Assembly: GCA_951406725.2 (NCBI GenBank)
Contig: OX597828.1
Location: 14,570,001 to 14,634,000, forward strand
Source: Octopus vulgaris
Lineage: Eukaryota
Length of the DNA stretch: 64,000 nucleotides
Direction of reading: 5' to 3'
The position numbers were made by a program, and so were the translations under genes. Below are positions 11,703 to 23,308 of the stretch, one piece after another (position 1 is the stretch's first letter; every line of letters begins with the position of its first letter). A model generated the notes under the pieces. That model was not told where the DNA came from, did not search any database, and was given only the letters and a program-made list of their open reading frames with translations.

Positions 11703-12494
11703 ACGTAATGGATCTTTTAAACTTCTTAATTGCTTTATAAAGATAACTGTCTGCTTAATTGATCGTTTAATCCTCCTAATTTCCTTTATAAACAAAACTG
11801 TGTTTTCATAAATACAACATTAATTAATTGCTTTGGTTTTTAGTTAACTTCAATGGCGATGTCATTCACCTCTGAAAATAGGTTCACATGTAAACCGCAG
11901 AGAATTTGGAATTTTGAAAATTATCTTCTACTGTAGAACTTCACTTCGGGAATGCAAAATGTTTTCTTTTTATATATATATATTTTTTTACATTTTATTT
12001 TTACCGTAAAGTATTGTTGCTTCCAAACATTTTTCTTTAAAACTTAGAAATACTATACTTTAGTGTTTTATTTAACATTTTTGTATCTTCCATAGAGAAA
12101 AATACAAAAACAACAAAAACAAAAAAAAAACAATGAAGATTTGAAAACTTTGCCAAAGGTGAACCGTTTTTAGTTTTGAAATTATCTTTTAGCGATGTAT
12201 GAATCTGATACATTTCTGGGATGGTTTTGTACTGAAAAGGCACCGATCCAAATGAAACTTATTAGCAGAGGTCTAGATTTCTGGCAAGCACAAACTGGCT
12301 GATTAAGCTAAAGTGATTGTTTTTACGATTATTTAAGCTAACAGTACAAAGGAATAGCTTACGATAGCGTATATATTGTTCCCATTTGTGAATCTACAGC
12401 CTATCTGCCTATACTGTTAGTTACTACTTATTTTGTCTTGTTTTATATCGTTTTTTTTTTTCCTCTTTACATATCATGTAGAGTTACCGCCGTC

Positions 12495-12596
12495 TCACGA
12501 ATGGTTGCAATTTAGACAGAACACAATGTTTTCAGAAACTGCTAATCACGAATGGTTGCAATTTACACAGAACACAATGTTTTCAGAAACTGCTAA
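12495..12596. repeat. 51-bp tandem duplication
   Basis: tcacgaatggttgcaattta...gaaactgctaa twice, one mismatch. Confidence 0.9.
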
Positions 12597-13026
12597 TTAC
12601 ACATTTTTGCAGAGAGAAAGCATCTGATTGTATCGTAGTAAAATCATATCAGCCATTTGATATGCAAGTATATGCAGTTATATTCACTTTCCTATAACTT
12701 TATAACTATTGGTATCCGTGGAATCTCCACATGCGATAAATGTTCGGTTTTATAGCCAACTATTGGCGGTATGCGGGATTAATTAAAATGATTGACTCAA
12801 AATACATGTTGCTCGTTATCGTTTAGCAAATGATAAAATATCCATCCAATCATATGAATGTGTGTTGTGAGTACAATGGATAGTTAAACGTATCATGTAT
12901 GCTATATTTAGTACTCAGCTAACTATACGACCTGTCAGCGTTTCAACGAAATATAGAGACTTAATGACAGTTACATAACAGCTAATTACCTTTGTTGTGC
13001 ATGTCAGGTAGAAGAGACAGAGAGAG

Positions 13027-13449
13027 GGATCTTTTCGGTTTGAACGGCAGTTTTTTAATATAATTTCCACGTAACTAAACACTTTTAAACTTCGTATACT
13101 CGTAGAATGTGTTTATAAAACATCTTTTTCTCTTGGCTTTATTGAGAAAATTCTATAGTTTGTAAGATATTTGTTGTTTTTTCTTCAATTTCTGCAATTT
13201 CAACCAATCACTGACGTCTATTGAGGTGAAAACATTTTGTGCCGTATGAATATGTCCCTCGTTTAAGAAACAGATAGGGTTTTTTTTACATTTGTGAAAA
13301 AAAAAAGATACCCTTCCCCCCCACACCTAACCATAACCCTAACCCTAAAACAGATTGAAATGCAATAGATCGATTCTAGGGTCATAATTATGGGTGACAA
13401 TTTCCTATGACACCCCAAGAAAAAACTGCCGTTCAAGCCGAAAAGATCC
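13027..13449. mobile_element. MITE with GGATC-terminal TIRs and 8-bp TSD (MULE- or Merlin-like)
   Basis: TIR ggatcttttcggtttgaacggcagttttt; TSD agagagag; internal (taaccc)n. Confidence 0.9.
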
Positions 13450-13549
13450 AGAGAGAGAAAGAAAGCAAAGGAAGAGAAACAGAGAGAGGGAGGAAGAAGA
13501 AAGCCAGATAGCGCAAAGACACTAATTATATTAGTAAACAATATTATAT

Positions 13550-14270
13550 CGTTATAGCTCAACTAATATCAAGTACGGTTTAATTAATATCGTCAATCAT
13601 AACTCAACTAATGTCATCAAGTATAGCTCAACTGTTGTCATCAATAATGATTCAACAAATATCATTAAGAACAGCTCAACCTATGTTATTAAGTATGGCT
13701 CTACTAATGTTAAGTTTGGCTCAATCGATGCGAAGTGTAGCTCTGTTGATGCCATCAAGTATACTTCAACTAATGTCAAATATGGCTGAACTGATATCTT
13801 CATATCTGGCTCAACTTTTGTCACGAAATATGGCTCAACTGATATCATCAAGTATGGCTCAATTGTTATCATGAGGTATTGCTCAAATATTGGTTTCAAA
13901 TTCTGGAACAAGATCAACATGTTCGGAGAAGGGTGTAAGTCGATTACATGGGCCCCAATGTCCAAATGGGGCTTATTTTATCGACCTCAAAAGAATGGAA
14001 GCAAAGTCGATCTCAGCGGAATTTGAGCTCAGATCGTAAAGACGGACGAAATGCTGCTAAGCATTTTGTACGGTGTGCTAACGATTCTGCCAGTTCACCG
14101 CCTTAGTATGGTTCAAATATTGTCGTCAAATGTTGCTCATCTCAAGTCAATAAGTTTGACTCAACTAATTTCATAACTGCGGGTCAACTGATGTTATCAA
14201 TTATAACCCAGCTAATGTCAAGTATGGCTTAACTGTTGTCATGAAGTATGGTTCAACTAATATCAATACG
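13550..14270. repeat. Degenerate ~24-bp minisatellite interrupted by a SINE B copy (13893-14104, minus)
   Basis: Recurring gctcaactRat.tcatcaagtatg. Confidence 0.8.
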
Positions 14271-14698
14271 GAAATGAAATTATTTAAAAACAAATTTTGA
14301 ATATTTTGTATTTGCGAATGGAGTTATATTTTACAGAGATTCTTTTTTCTCACTATTTTAAACCACTGTCCTTATGCACTGTCAAATTTTTTTTACATTA
14401 TACTATAATTAGAAGTAAACGGAAGACTACAACTAAGAGTAAACACGAGCTAACGTGACAGCCTCTATGTGGTCATTTCACCTACAAGAAATATCAGCCA
14501 AATTTCCCCCAAATTCCATCTTACCATTTTAAACAAAGTAACGACTCTAAAAAATGTAGTTCGTACACACTAGAAAAATAGCATGGATGGAAAATCTAAT
14601 ATACATTTCTGATCAGTCAGGGTCGACTTGGATGTGAACACCGGCATCATAAGAGCTAAACTTAGGATTCTAAATCATAACCTCAGTTGTTAATCATT

Positions 14699-14895
14699 GG
14701 CGTAGGAGTGGCTGTGTGGTAAGTAGCTTGCTTACCAACCACATGGTTCCGAGTTCAGTCCCACTGCGTCGCACCTTGGGCAAGTCTCTTCTACTATAGC
14801 CTCGGGCCGACCAAAGCCTTGTGAGTCGATTTGATTGACGGAAACTGAAGGAAGCCCGTCGTATATATGTGTATATATATGTATATATATGTATA

Positions 14896-14967
<72 letters not shown>

Positions 14968-15185
14968 GTGTGTGTGTATGGGTTTGTGTGTTCGTGTTTG
15001 TCCCCCCAACATCGTTTGACAGCCGATGCTGGTGTGTTTACGTCCCCGTAACTTAGCGGTTCGGCAAAATAGACCGATAGAATAGGTACTAGGCTTACAA
15101 AGAATAAGTCCTGGGATCGATTTTCTCGACTAAAGGCGGTGCTCCAGCATGGCCACAGTCAAATGACTGAAACAAGTAAAAGAGT
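14699..15185 (+). mobile_element. SINE family A, full length
   Basis: Head, internal (TA)n(TG)n, tail ending gaaacaagtaaaagagt. Confidence 0.92.
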
Positions 15186-15329
15186 ATTGATTAATTATTC
15201 CATTGAAAGGAAAGAACAAAATGGCAGTAAATTTTAGTATTCGTCATGACTACCTGTGTCTGATCTGAATACTTGGAAATAAATTTCAGCGTTGGAAATT
15301 ATATATTAATATCTAACAATGGCAAAGCA

Positions 15330-15535
15330 ACGAGTTGGCAGAATCGTTAACAGCTGCACAAAATACTTAGCAGCATTTCATCTGTCTTTACGTTCTGAGT
15401 TCAAATTCCGCTAAGGTCGACTTTGCCTTTTATCTTCTTGGGGTCGATAATATAAATACCACTTGAGTATTGGAGTCGATGTAATCGACTTACCCCCTCC
15501 CACAAAATTGCTGACCTTGTGCCAAAATTTGAAAC

Positions 15536-15586
<51 letters not shown>

Positions 15587-15597
15587 CATCATCATCA

Positions 15598-15677
<80 letters not shown>

Positions 15678-15890
15678 AGGCGGCGAGCAGGTAGACCCGT
15701 CAGTACACCGGGTAAAATGCTTAGCGGCATTTTGTCCGTCTTTACGTTCTGAGTTCAAATTCTGCTGAGGTCGACTTTGCCTTTCATCTTTTCGGGGTCG
15801 ATAATTTGAGTACCAGTGAAACACTGGGGTCGATGTAATCGACTTACCTACCATCCCCGAACTTGCTGGTCTTGTGCCGAAATTTGAAAC
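15330..15890 (+). mobile_element. Two older SINE B copies separated by (TTA)n
   Basis: Copies at about 15330-15536 and 15678-15890. Confidence 0.8.
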
Positions 15891-15942
15891 CCGTATCTAA
15901 CTATAGCATGAGGCCAATCGATTAAGCCAACCCAAGCACTTG

Positions 15943-15991
<49 letters not shown>

Positions 15992-15993
<2 letters not shown>

Positions 15994-16547
15994 GCCCTGA
16001 TGCAGTACCAGGTAGTGGCTCTCATGGCTTCTGATCTTAACTGATTGGAAGTGTTATCATGTACATTGTTTTGTCTTGGTATAAAAGATGGGCTACAGCA
16101 AATATTCTGCTCAATACCACAGATTTGCTTGTCAGTTGTTTGACCTTAACCAGTTGAGCATGTCCCTTAGTGGCTGACGATATGTGCATCTCTGATCACG
16201 AGCAGAAGTAGTGGGGGAGCATCATAGCCATGTGTTGAGAAGGATTCTTTGGGGTTTGAATAATTCACCTCTGGAAACATGGGTGTTTCATTCAACATCC
16301 TTAAACAACCCTTATTCAGGGACCTTTTGAGCTGGATGGGTTACTCGATCTGAAGAAAATTCTAACTGGGCTCCACTTGCAAGGTCATGTGCTGTTTATC
16401 TTGATATGAGATCACCATGTCGCGCACATATGGTTGTGATGCATGTGCCTGGTGTACCCTTATCAGACGGGTAGTTATGATGGGTATACTGGGCTTCGTA
16501 TATTTTACCCCAGTGTCACTTCGATGGCATGCTCTGCTCGCTCACTC
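15992..16547 (+). mobile_element. Family E non-coding element inserted in (TAA)n
   Basis: Highly similar to 52693-53312 and 58582-58819; all end ctcactc-(aat)n. Confidence 0.85.
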
Positions 16548-16602
<55 letters not shown>

Positions 16603-16775
16603 TTTGGGATCTTATCGACCGAGTTTGTTAAATACTACAGAGGGTCGATAAAATAAGTATCAGTTTACGATACGTATTTTATCGACCCTCTGTCCGGAAT
16701 GATGAAAGAGAAAGTACACAGCGGCGGGTTTTAAACTCTGAATATAAATGGATTTAGCTATTTAGCCTACTGCTC

Positions 16776-17206
16776 GGATCTTTTCGGTTTGAACGGCAGT
16801 TTTTAACATGATTTCTAGGTAACTAAAAAATTTTAAACTTCGTATACTGGTAGAATGTGTTTATAAAACATCTTTTTCTCTTGGCTTTATTGAGAAAATT
16901 CTATAGTTTGTAAGATATTTGTTGTTTTTTTTACTTCAATTTCTGCAATTTCAACCAATCAATGACGTCTATTGAGTTAAAAAGCATTCTGTGCCGTATG
17001 AATATGTCCCTCGTTTAAGAAACAGATTGGGTTTATTTACATTTGTGAAGAAAAAAAGATACCCTTCCCCACCCCTAACCCTAACCTAACTAACCCTAAC
17101 CCTAAAAGAGATTGAAATGCAATAGATCGATTCTAGGTTCATAATTATGGGTGACAATTTCATATGACACCGCTAGAAAAAACTGCCGTTCAAACCGAAA
17201 AGATCC
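16776..17206. mobile_element. GGATC-TIR MITE, copy 2
   Basis: Same TIRs; degenerate TSD tactgctc/tgctactc. Confidence 0.9.
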
Positions 17207-17422
17207 TGCTACTCTAACGATTATTCCAGCCAGGCGCTCTTGAAATTCTGTTATATTAACAAGGAAGACAAGGAGTTAATTACAGGTATCATAGGATAGG
17301 GAATTTACGTGGGGGATAAAACTGATAAGAGGCTTGAGATTAACTAAATGCGCTCTCGACTTATTCTACATGTCCAACACTTTTGACATTATACTGCTTT
17401 ATATTGCACAATATTATACTAA

Positions 17423-17678
17423 GTAGAGGCACATGGCCTAGTGGTTAGAGCGATGTGTGAGTTTATGAGCGAAACATCTAAGCTCCACGCGGCTCCGGCA
17501 GAAGGAAATGGCGAACTTCTGCTGACTCTTTCGCCATAACTTTGTCTCACTCTTGCCTCCTGCATCTTGCAGCTCTCCTGCGACGGACCGGCATCCCGTC
17601 CAGGTGGGGAACCTATACGCCAAGGAAACAGGGAAACCGGCACTTATGAGCCAGACGTGACTCGAGAAGGAACAAACA
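17423..17678 (+). mobile_element. SINE family C with B-box deletion, tail related to type 2
   Basis: 15-bp TSD acaatattatactaa (17408-17422, 17679-17693). Confidence 0.85.
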
Positions 17679-17869
17679 ACAATATTATACTAAACAATTT
17701 TACGTTATATTAATAAAGCAGTGAGCTTGCATAGTTGTTAATGTGCCATACAAAATGTTTGGTCGTAATTTGTTTTCTCTGAATATTTCAAAGTCTCTAC
17801 GTTAACAAGTATAAATTATTGTAGAATTTATTAATGGGTCGCTTTTTCTTAATATCTCTTCGCCATGTA

Positions 17870-18436
17870 TGATAAGGCCGGAAATTTTGAGTTTTTTTTA
17901 CCGATCCACAAAGGATGAAGTTGACCTCCGCGGCATTTGAACTCAGAACGTAAAGAACCGGAAGACATAGAAAGCATTTTGTTCAACGTGCTATCGATTC
18001 TGCAAACTCGCCGCCCTAAAGAAATCGAATACTAATAACAATAACGAATTCAAATTTTGACTCATAGCCAGCACTCAGCTGGTACTTATTTTATCGATCC
18101 CGACAGGATGAAAGGCAAAGTCGACCTCGGCGGAGTTAGAGCTCAGCACGTAAGTACGGACGAAATGTCGCTAAGCATTCTGTCGGCGCACGCTAACGAT
18201 TCTTATTTCTTTATTGCCCACAAGGGGCTAAACATAGAGGGGACAAACAAGGACAGACAAAGGGATTAAGTCGATGACATCTACCCCAGTGCGTAACTGG
18301 TACTTAATTAATCGACCCCGAAAGGATGAAAGGCAAAGTCGACCTCGGCGGAATTTGAACTCAGAACGTAACGGCAGACGAAATACGGCTACGCATTTCG
18401 TCCGGCGCACTAACGATTCTGCCATCTCGGTGCCCT
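17870..18436 (-). mobile_element. SINE B cluster, including a young copy nested in an old copy
   Basis: Three body matches; junction ctaacgattc|ttatttcttt near 18202. Confidence 0.8.
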
Positions 18437-19069
18437 AAACGAAACACAAAATAATTCTTTCTTGTACTTACTGAAAGAATAAAAAATAACATGACTCATC
18501 GCCTACAGGTATTTTTTATTTTTTCCTTTCTCACCGCATAATTTTACCTAGTTATCTTCAGCTGCTTTCTGCATTTAATAACTTAGCACTAATTTAGATG
18601 TATCTAATTGAAAGATAATTCAACAAAGAAAGAAAAAAAAAACTGACATTCTACATTTGCGATCCAATAAGATATAATCTTTTACGGCCAGAAAAAAATT
18701 TGAAGAGGAAAAGATTTTTAAATATTAAAAGACATGTAAGAAAATGGCCGCCCAGATTTATATCTCATAAATTGGAGGGAATGCTTATTGTTGAGAATAA
18801 CGTTATCTGCTGTTTTAGAAACGGGAGAAAAAACACCGACAATAACCAGGAATATACAATATACTTAAAGGAATCTACTATTATAATTGGCACTGTGCCT
18901 CCATAATTCTCTCTCCCTCCTCTCTCTCTCTCTCTCTCTTATGCTCTCTCGCTCGCTGTCGCTCTCCGTCTTCTAACTTGAGCAGCAAAGGCAGATAACT
19001 GCTATGGAAACACTAACAGCTTAGCTTAACTGAGTTACTGAGCGGAGATATTTTCAAATTTAACCGTCT

Positions 19070-19100
<31 letters not shown>

Positions 19101-19168
19101 CGAACAGATCATAACGTTTAAATAATAACACAAATGAGTCGAAGTTCACTACCACAGTTTCAGACGTT

Positions 19169-19579
19169 GGATCTTTTCGGTTTGAACGGCAGTTTTTAAC
19201 ATAATTTCTAGGTAACTAAAAAATTTTAAACTTCGTATACTGGTAGAATGTGTTTATAAAACATCTTTTTCTCTTGGCTATATTGAGAAAATTTTATAGT
19301 TTCTAAGATATTTGGGGGTTTTTTTCTTCAATTTCTGCAATTTCAACCAATCAAATACGTCTATCGAGTTAAAAAGCATTCTGTGCCGTATGAATATGTC
19401 CCTCGTTTAAGAAACAGATTGGGTTTATTTACATTTGTGAAGAAAAAAGATACCCTTCCCCCCCACCCCTAACCCTAAAATAGATTGAAATGCAATAGAT
19501 CGATTCTAGGGTCATAATTATGGCTGACAATTTCATATGACACCGCTAGAAAAAACTGCCGTTCAAACCGAAAAGATCC
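19169..19579. mobile_element. GGATC-TIR MITE, copy 3
   Basis: Perfect 8-bp TSD cagacgtt. Confidence 0.92.
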
Positions 19580-19599
19580 CAGACGTTTTTTTTTTATTA

Positions 19600-20028
19600 T
19601 TGAATGTAAGTGGTTCTCTCCTTCGTTTAGCACCACGTCCTCTCACAACGCCTATGTAAGTCAAGTCGAAGTAACCAATGAATTCAGCTGGTATTTCTTC
19701 ATCGTCTATTAACTTCTCATAGGCCTCTTCGACATCTTCAACGGGTAGAAAGGCTAATGCTGAAAAACATAGAATGTTAAGACAGAATTCAGTCTTTATT
19801 GTATTTTACTTTGAGGCCTAAACCTGTAAATTTTCGAAATACTGATTGGCTCAAATGAAACAAACATGCCACGATAGATGAATTAGGGAATGATGAGTTA
19901 AATGCCTTATGAACGGCGACTTCAAAAACTGTCATGAGATCAGGCGGACACACATTAGGTTGCATAATTTTCAATTGCTCGAAAAATAATTCGTATATCT
20001 GCTTTGTTTTATTCGGCAGTAATGCAAA
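19600..20028 (-). pseudogene. MULE (Mutator-like) transposase fragment
   Basis: ALLPNKTKQIYE...MTVFEVAVHKAF...FP...ACLFHLSQSVFRK...ALAFLPVEDVEEAY...YFDLTYIG; disrupted reading frame. Confidence 0.85.
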
Positions 20029-20029
20029 T

Positions 20030-20447
20030 GTGGCGAGCTGGCAGAATCGTTAGCACGCCGGGTGAAATGCTTAGCCGTATTTCGTCTGCCGTTACGTTCC
20101 GAGTTCAAATTCCGCCGAGATCGACTTTGCCTTTCATCCTTTCGGGGTCGATAAATTAAGTACCAGTTACGCACTGGGGTCGATGTAATCGACTTAATCC
20201 GTTTGTCTGTCCTTATTTGTCCACTCTGTGTTTAGCCCCTTGTGGGTAGTAAACAAATAAGTATTTCGTCTGCCGTTACGTTCTGAGTTCAAATTCCGCC
20301 GAGGTCGACTTTGCCTTTCATCCTTTCGGGGTCGATAAATTATGAACCAGTTACGCACTGGGGTCGATATAATCGACTTAATCCCTTTGTCTGTCCTTGT
20401 TTGTCCCCTCTATATCTAGCCTCTTGTGGGCAATAAAGAAATAAGAA
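20030..20447 (+). mobile_element. SINE B tandem dimer inserted in the MULE remnant
   Basis: Head plus two bodies joined at aaataa|gtatttcgtc. Confidence 0.9.
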
Positions 20448-20846
20448 AAATAAATCATTTTCAGCTCATTGTTTTCCGTTACCGTGTGAATTCGCACTCA
20501 ACACAGCCTTCTTTTTTCACATCTTCGGTATTCTTTTCCTAGTTTTGTATTGCTTGAATGAAAATCGTAGATGTATTGACTTTCATCAACTACTTTTCTT
20601 TTGCCTTCGTTCAACACTAAGAACCTTGTCATTTCGGGATGGGTAAATTGAATATGTGTACACTGAATTTGCATCACTCTCTATACAAAACGCTATACTT
20701 AAGAGAAAGAAGGAAAAAGAGAAAGTAAAACTGTTAACAGAGAAAGAAAAAGAACGACGTAAACAATCCTATAACGAAGCTCGTTTTAGTTCTGTGAATA
20801 TATCATTAGAGATATTTCACTTTGTTTTCTAAAGAGTTTATTTAAA

Positions 20847-20915
20847 ATTGGACTAAAAAATCACCGGACTAAAAGATGTCGGACCAAAAGACGTTTGACG
20901 AAAATACATAGCACC
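20847..20915 (-). mobile_element. Probable MULE terminus with short subterminal repeats
   Basis: ggactaaaa/ggaccaaaa three times at about 15-17 bp spacing, upstream of the transposase fragment. Confidence 0.45.
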
Positions 20916-21109
20916 AGGGTATTCGACTCACAGTCGTAAGGTCGTGGATTCAATTCTCAGCGATGCATTATATTAGACAGCTTCTGACAGTGCAGAACGT
21001 TTAATAAAACTTTTATATTTCAGGTGCAAAGGCACATCCTCAAAAGAAAAGAACAGTACATTATTTATATTATTTACATTCGACGGATATTTGCCCTCAT
21101 CTTGTTTGT

Positions 21110-21157
21110 AACACAACGTTTCGGTTGATATATACCCTCCAGCCTTCATTAGGTGCT
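21110..21157 (-). ncRNA. Minimal type I hammerhead in PLE 3' region (G5 changed to A)
   Basis: agcac-CTAATGA-a-ggctg...caacc-GAAACGTT-gtgtt. Confidence 0.7.
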
Positions 21158-21234
21158 TTGAGGAAATTTCGAACCTGGGTTCTCATTCCTAAGATATTTT
21201 TCGATATTATTATTATTATTATTAATATTATTCA

Positions 21235-21306
21235 GGTCACAGCCTGGAATCGAACTCGGAATCTTGCGGTTAGTAGCCCGCGCTCTTAACGACTACGCCA
21301 TATGCA
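21235..21306 (-). other. tRNA-like sequence (pseudo-tRNA or mini-SINE) within PLE 3' UTR
   Basis: A box tggcgtagtcg, anticodon arm gcggg-ctactaa-ccgc, B box gagttcgattcc, followed by (aat)n. Confidence 0.7.
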
Positions 21307-21346
21307 TGGGGGCATTTTTTGGAGTGAATTTTTAGGGCTTATGAAT

Positions 21347-21993
21347 CTAATATTTTCCTATCCTTCCCATATGCCATTCATATATGCACTCGGTCTGCTT
21401 AGGAGGTTGTTGTGTCCTAGCATATGTGCTGCTTCTTTTAATTCGTATGTTCCAGTAGTGTTCTCTGTCTATTATTTTAACTTCATCCCACAGGGGGAAG
21501 TGGTCTCCATTTTTCCATACATGATCAGCTACACCCGATTTATCTCTATCTCTTCGTGTCACAGCTTCGCGATGTTCCTCTACTCTTATTTTGAGGGGGC
21601 GACATGTTTCGCCTTTGTATAACCTACTACAGCTGCATGGGATGGAGTACACTCAGTTTTTTGGTAATATTCTCTTCTAATGGTAGTTTTACCCGAAGGA
21701 GATATTTGCGAAGTGTTGTATTACTCTTGAATACTGTCTTGATGTCATATGGGCCGCATATCTTTTGTATCTTTTCGGAGAGGCCTTTCACATAGGGTAG
21801 ACAGGCTGTAGACAGTTTATTGGTTTCATCCTCTCTTTTCTTCATAATTGGAGCTGATAGTATGTTTTTGGAGTAGTTGTTGCTTAATAGATTGTTACTG
21901 AGCTTGATCATTTCTTCGTGGTGGGCATCACGATCGCTGCTTATATTCTTTGCTCGATATTTTAGGCACTGAGCAATCCCTCTCTTTACACTG
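21347..21993 (-). pseudogene. Penelope-like element, RT C-terminal region plus GIY-YIG endonuclease, frameshifted
   Basis: CLPYVKGLSEKIQKI...TVFKSNTTL; VYSIPCSCSRLYKGETCRPLKIRVEEH...SGVADHVW...H...WDEVKIIDRE. Confidence 0.9.
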
Positions 21994-22179
21994 CCTAAGA
22001 AAAGTTCAGTTATGTTGGTTCTGTTAATCCGTTCAAATTCCCTAGCGTTTATATTGTAGTAGTGGCAGTCACACTTTAAGTGTTGCTGGCTGTCCGAATG
22101 TTGGTGTTAAATCTCGGCTACTGTTGGCCATTCACCATCTGTTGGATGCTGCAATAAGAGCCACCGGTTCAACAACTAT

Positions 22180-22532
22180 CGACTGCTAAATTTTGGGTTG
22201 AAGCGATGAATCAGCAGAACCTCTTTTATAAGTAAATCGCTAGTGTTGTTCTCAAAGGCTAATATGGAGACGTATATCTCCTTGGTGGTCAGATTTTTAA
22301 CGCCGGAAAGGTCATTTATATAGATTATAAAGAGGAACGGGCCTAAGACAGTCTCCTGAGGAACACCACGGGTAAATTTTGCTGGGCTTCAGTGGATTCC
22401 ACCGATCTCAACATGTGTCCTGTTCTCCAGGGAATACTCAATCCAGTGTAGAAGTTTTCCACGGATTCCAACATTTGACAATTTTGACAGCAGGATATGA
22501 CGGTCAACTCTGTCGAACGCCTTACTGAAGTC

Positions 22533-22533
<1 letters not shown>
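22180..22533 (-). pseudogene. CR1/L2-type RT fragment joined to an unrelated segment
   Basis: DFSKAFDRVDRHILLSKL...GKLLHWI...GVPQETVLGPFLFIIYINDL; internal stop; sequence changes before the YADD motif. Confidence 0.85.
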
Positions 22534-22587
<54 letters not shown>

Positions 22588-22879
22588 GTGAGTCTGCTAA
22601 AATGAATTCACAAATACACAAATAGCATACAAAGGTACACCTTTTCTTTCCTCTGATGATATTATGCTCATGTCGCATAAATGTAAATTTAATGTTTATT
22701 GAGTATTAACTGAGACGGCTTTAAGTGAAGATGACCAATTTGCTGTTAATAATAAGCAATTAACAAATTTCCAATCTCCATTTTCTTCTTTTATTGAACC
22801 AGTTTGTCCTTGGATGAAACCATCTCTTCGTGAGGTTAATACAACCCGTAATTAAATTCATGTCTATATATATATGAAC

Positions 22880-22941
<62 letters not shown>

Positions 22942-22986
22942 ATGTGTATATATACACATTCGAAGGAGGACACACACACACATATA

Positions 22987-23026
<40 letters not shown>

Positions 23027-23027
23027 C

Positions 23028-23087
<60 letters not shown>

Positions 23088-23089
<2 letters not shown>

Positions 23090-23247
23090 TTACTCTTTTA
23101 CTCTTTTACTTGTTTCAGTCATTTGACTGCAGCCATGCTGGAGCACCGCCTTTAGTCGAACAAATCGACCCCAGGACTTATTCTTTGTAAGCCCAGTACT
23201 TATTCTATCGGTTTCTTTTTGCCGAACCGCTAAGTGACGGGAACGTC
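23088..23247 (-). mobile_element. SINE A tail fragment inside (TA)n
   Basis: Tail match. Confidence 0.85.

Positions 23248-23308
<61 letters not shown>

Noticed and set aside
13611-13874. ORF with repeated MAQLLS motif
   Set aside because: Product of a 24-bp minisatellite that is interrupted by a SINE
16636-16693. 25-bp-arm hairpin
   Set aside because: Fold-back of SINE B-derived sequence; no independent evidence of function
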